Assembly: GCF_009914755.1 (NCBI RefSeq)
Contig: NC_060936.1
Source of the DNA: the human T2T-CHM13v2.0 reference genome, Homo sapiens
Length of the DNA: 64,000 nucleotides
Strand: one strand, 5' to 3'
The translations under genes and the position numbers were made by a program. This document shows positions 60,570 to 64,000 of the stretch, piece by piece (within the stretch, counting starts at the first letter, position 1; each line of letters begins with the position of its first letter). The notes beneath the pieces are model-generated. The model saw only the letters and a list, made by a program, of their open reading frames with translations. It made no database searches and was not told the origin of the DNA.

Positions 60570-61450
60570 TATCAGAATATATTCATTCAAGGGAGTATTA
60601 TCATTAAGAGTAGTCACCTTGGAAGGGTTTATGCTTATTATGTATGATTCCAATAGTAATAGTGTTAAAGTAGCTCTGAAACACATCTTTCGGAATTGCA
60701 CTCATAACAGTGGAATTCTCAGGATTTGAGCCACATGGCTTATGTTGGTGTCTGGGTTTCAGAAGGAGCAAGGTAGTGTAGTCTTTGTCAGTAAACACAG
60801 TGCATTCAAAGACAAGAGAAAAATTTAAAGTCAGAGTTTATTTGGAAAAGTAGTAGTTCAAACATTGGGAAAATCATTGCTAACACCTGGTTCAAAGACT
60901 CAGAGGTAGAATCAAATGCTGGATTCAAGATCTACGAGTCTGGAGTAGAATGAAGATGAGATGGAGTTGAGAAATACTGTTAAACAAGCTGAGGGCAGAG
61001 GAGTATGATTAGAGAAGAGCTATGACCATTGGTAGGTGTCCATTGCTCCCCTAGGTGGGCGGGTGGGTGGGCAAGAGTATAGGCAAAAAGCCCACATGGG
61101 AAAATCAGGCACCTTATCTTAGAAGTGCACCTCAGCGTGGAGCCTAGATTTGATCACCCAGTTTGGTCATCTACTTTTAGTCATTGAACTCAGCTCTGAA
61201 TGACTTTTGTCTATATTTACAAATGAGATCTACCCTGAAGAAATGCCACTCTGGACAATATTAAAAAAAAAAATATGCCACAGGTTCTAAAGGTCATTCC
61301 AAAGTAAGAATTTGCAAAAGACTAGCCAATAGAGTCCTTGAAATAAACATGTGGCTCCCTTTCTTAAAGAAGGCAAAACTTGTTTATATAATGTAAACAT
61401 TCATTATGGTTGTTAAAAATTCAGCCATATTACTTTGTGGTTATAGCTCA
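60570..61450 (+). mobile_element. MARNA-like ancient mariner remnant, interrupted
   Basis: gtagtcaccttgg at 5'; gctctgaatgacttttg...aggtcattccaaa resembles decayed mariner transposase 3' region. Confidence 0.5.
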
Positions 61451-63369
61451 AAACTGCTATTGCTTTGTACTTTCTAACTTAAAGATGACAAGATTAAGTA
61501 GTATAACTAAATTATAATAATTCAGAGAAAAGGGAAGGGTGTATATTTGTGTTTGTTCATATATTTGTTTGTGTATATGTGTGTGTGTGACAGAGAAAGT
61601 GATAGATAGAGAGATAGAGAAAAAATGAGAGACATTTATTTCTACCTCTGAGCAGCTGCCAGTTCTACCTTCCTACCTCCTACTTTAATGTAATCTATCT
61701 TGGATCTTATAACAATTGACTCGGTCATTGATTCATGTGAGAAGCAGCACTGATTCCTCTAAAAGGTTGTCTATTTATTCATTAAATGTCACCCACCTTG
61801 TCATATACCATAGCATGAGAGCACCTTACCTGACCCTTGGGAACATTGAGATAAATGCAGTCACTTCATTTCCTCCTGCATGGATCCCTCACCACCTCGC
61901 CAAACAAAAATGAGGATGTTGTTGATAAATGCAAGGTTGATGCTGACACACGTTCCCACTCACACACAAAGCAGAAAAACAAGGCCCCTCATGATTGCCA
62001 TCTAGACAGAAATCATTGCAAAGGAGCCCTTGATGCTGCAGGATCCCTCTTCTGTCACCACCCATATGAACTGGAGATTGCTCTGCTAGTGACACTACCC
62101 TGGGGAGAGGAGGGAGGAAGACATTTGCAAACATTTCTTCTTTTCTTCTTTGCACATCTCACAGTCATACTGTATACCTGACATCTGACACATGAATGCA
62201 TTATCAAATCATTAGTCCCCATCAAATATGTGGTGATTGAATCTTCTGTCAGTCAGTGCAATATAGATCCAGAAGAGAAGTAGTTAAGTGGTAATGGATT
62301 TGCTCTAGGCATTTCACAACCTATTGGTCCTAATTGGACTGAAAAAGGGTTGCTACAGAAGACTTGAAAATTTAAATAATGCATTTTATAGTTCTCATAT
62401 ATTTTTCCTAAACAAGCCAACATGAACTAGGAAAAAGAAAGATTTCTCAAAGTAATATCAGGTTTGGTTTTTCAAAACATATAGCTGAAGTTTTATTTGT
62501 AATTGATGAAGTGGCTTAGCAAATCTTAAAATGGTATTCTGGGCATAGTGCATGCAAGAAGCTTATAGCATGTATTACCTAAAAGATGTAGTTGCAAAAG
62601 AAATTTAAACTGATCACTAGAAACACAAAAAATAAATTGTAGAAAAGCACAGATTTCCCAAACAAGGAGCAGGATGTGATCTGAAATCGGCATGGGTCCT
62701 GTTGATGTTAAACTTGGAGAAAGAAGAGCAGAGAGGTCATTTATTACACAAGCTTTAATGAGCTCTCTTGCAGCAGCAACGGTGGAGGTACTCTGAAATA
62801 TCCAGAACCCTCAGATGCAACGTTTGGAGAGACACACAGACATTTGCAATAATCTATAGGAACAGTGGCAAAAGCATTAATTAAAGCTGTTGCAGTTTCT
62901 TGCAATCCAATGAGATTGAGATTTCAGCTAGTTGTAGTACAGTAAATGGAGGAAAGAAACCAAAGCTGTTTGTCTCATATGCAGGCCAATTTTGTATGCA
63001 CAATCAAATTTTATTTCTTATATTCTCTAACAGCTGCTGAAACCCATTGAGGGTTTGGAAGTCATGATACAACATTAGTAAGAAAATTAGAGTGGTGGCA
63101 AATCATAAGTTGCTTTCTGAGCAACACAGTAGGAGGTCAGTTAATATTAAATATCCACAGCCTGTGTGCACAGTCACATTTCCTAGGAGAGTCTAAGCAA
63201 AATACAGCCTTCGGGGATACACACTTAGTAGTTTTTGCATAACAATAACTAAGATGCTGATGCCAGCTAATGAAATTCTAATACTGAAGAAGGGCCCCCA
63301 AGGCTTAGAACAAAGCTCTCTAGGAAAACAAGGATAGACTCCCTGTTTAGAAAGTAAACAGTCAATGTC

Positions 63370-64000
63370 ATGTATTTATTAATTCAACATAAATTTATTG
63401 AGGGCTTTTCCTCTGTCAATTTTGGATAGGCCCTGGAGATGTCCTAGTGAGAAAATACAGAGTCTATCCCTTAACCCATAGAGTTTAACGACTAGAGGGA
63501 AACAGATTTTAATGAAACATCCACATAAATAAGTGTATATTTGCAAACTGTGAAAATTGCTTTGAAGTAACCGTACCTAGTACTACAAAAGCATGTAACA
63601 GAAGAAACTGACCTTAACTGGGGAGGGTAATCAGAGAATATGAGGAGTGACTAGGAATTCTAGAAGGAGAATGCAAGATAACTCTTTTTAGTAGGAAATG
63701 TGCAAAAGGTCTTGACCCAAAGAAGCACAGTGCTTTTGAAAACTGTTGAAGAGCATAGAGCAAGGAGTGTGATATGAAATGAGATAAAGATGGAGATGAA
63801 TACACATAGGCAGACACCAAACCCATGAAGGCCACAAGAATTTTTTATCCCACAAACAATAGGAAACCACTGAAATTTAGGCAGAGGGGTGTCATAAGCC
63901 TATTGATGTCATCACTTTGGGTAAAATATTAATATTAAAATATTATTAACAAAATACTAATATGAAGAATGGATTTGAAGAAGGCAAGAAGATTGATATA
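63370..64000 (-). mobile_element. L2a 3' region
   Basis: attcaacataaatttattgag...ggccctggagat...tgtgcaaaaggtc...ggaaaccactgaaa. Confidence 0.75.

Noticed and set aside
61716-62181. Overlapping 65-108 aa ORFs in unique sequence
   Set aside because: No recognisable protein family or consistent exon structure; lengths are expected by chance.

Overview
Primate, most likely human, AT-rich non-coding DNA (intergenic or deep intronic). The species call rests on an AluYa5, an AluYe-type element and an L1PA2-type 3' end. I find no credible host protein-coding exon, RNA gene or CRISPR array. The long ORFs are decayed L1 ORF1/ORF2 or MaLR (THE1) internal ORF fragments. A large part of the window is transposon-derived: a complete THE1A provirus with a TATGT TSD, about 10 Alus, solo LTRs (LTR2, MER61, MLT1/2, LTR33), and L1, L2, MIR and MARNA fragments. 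The most unusual structure is at 47.1-52.8 kb: a THE1B provirus containing a co-oriented L1PA element. The L1 5'UTR has been precisely spliced (a SpIRE-type junction), and a deletion has fused L1 ORF2 to the THE1 interior. Other oddities are a locally templated inverted 47-mer amplified inside a CCTT tract, a perfect 20-bp hairpin, a young AluYa5 forming a close inverted Alu pair, a 1-nt-loop G4, a ~650-bp TA-rich tract and a candidate non-coding exon. Subfamily calls are from memory of consensus sequences, not a database search. I cannot demonstrate a new biological system here.
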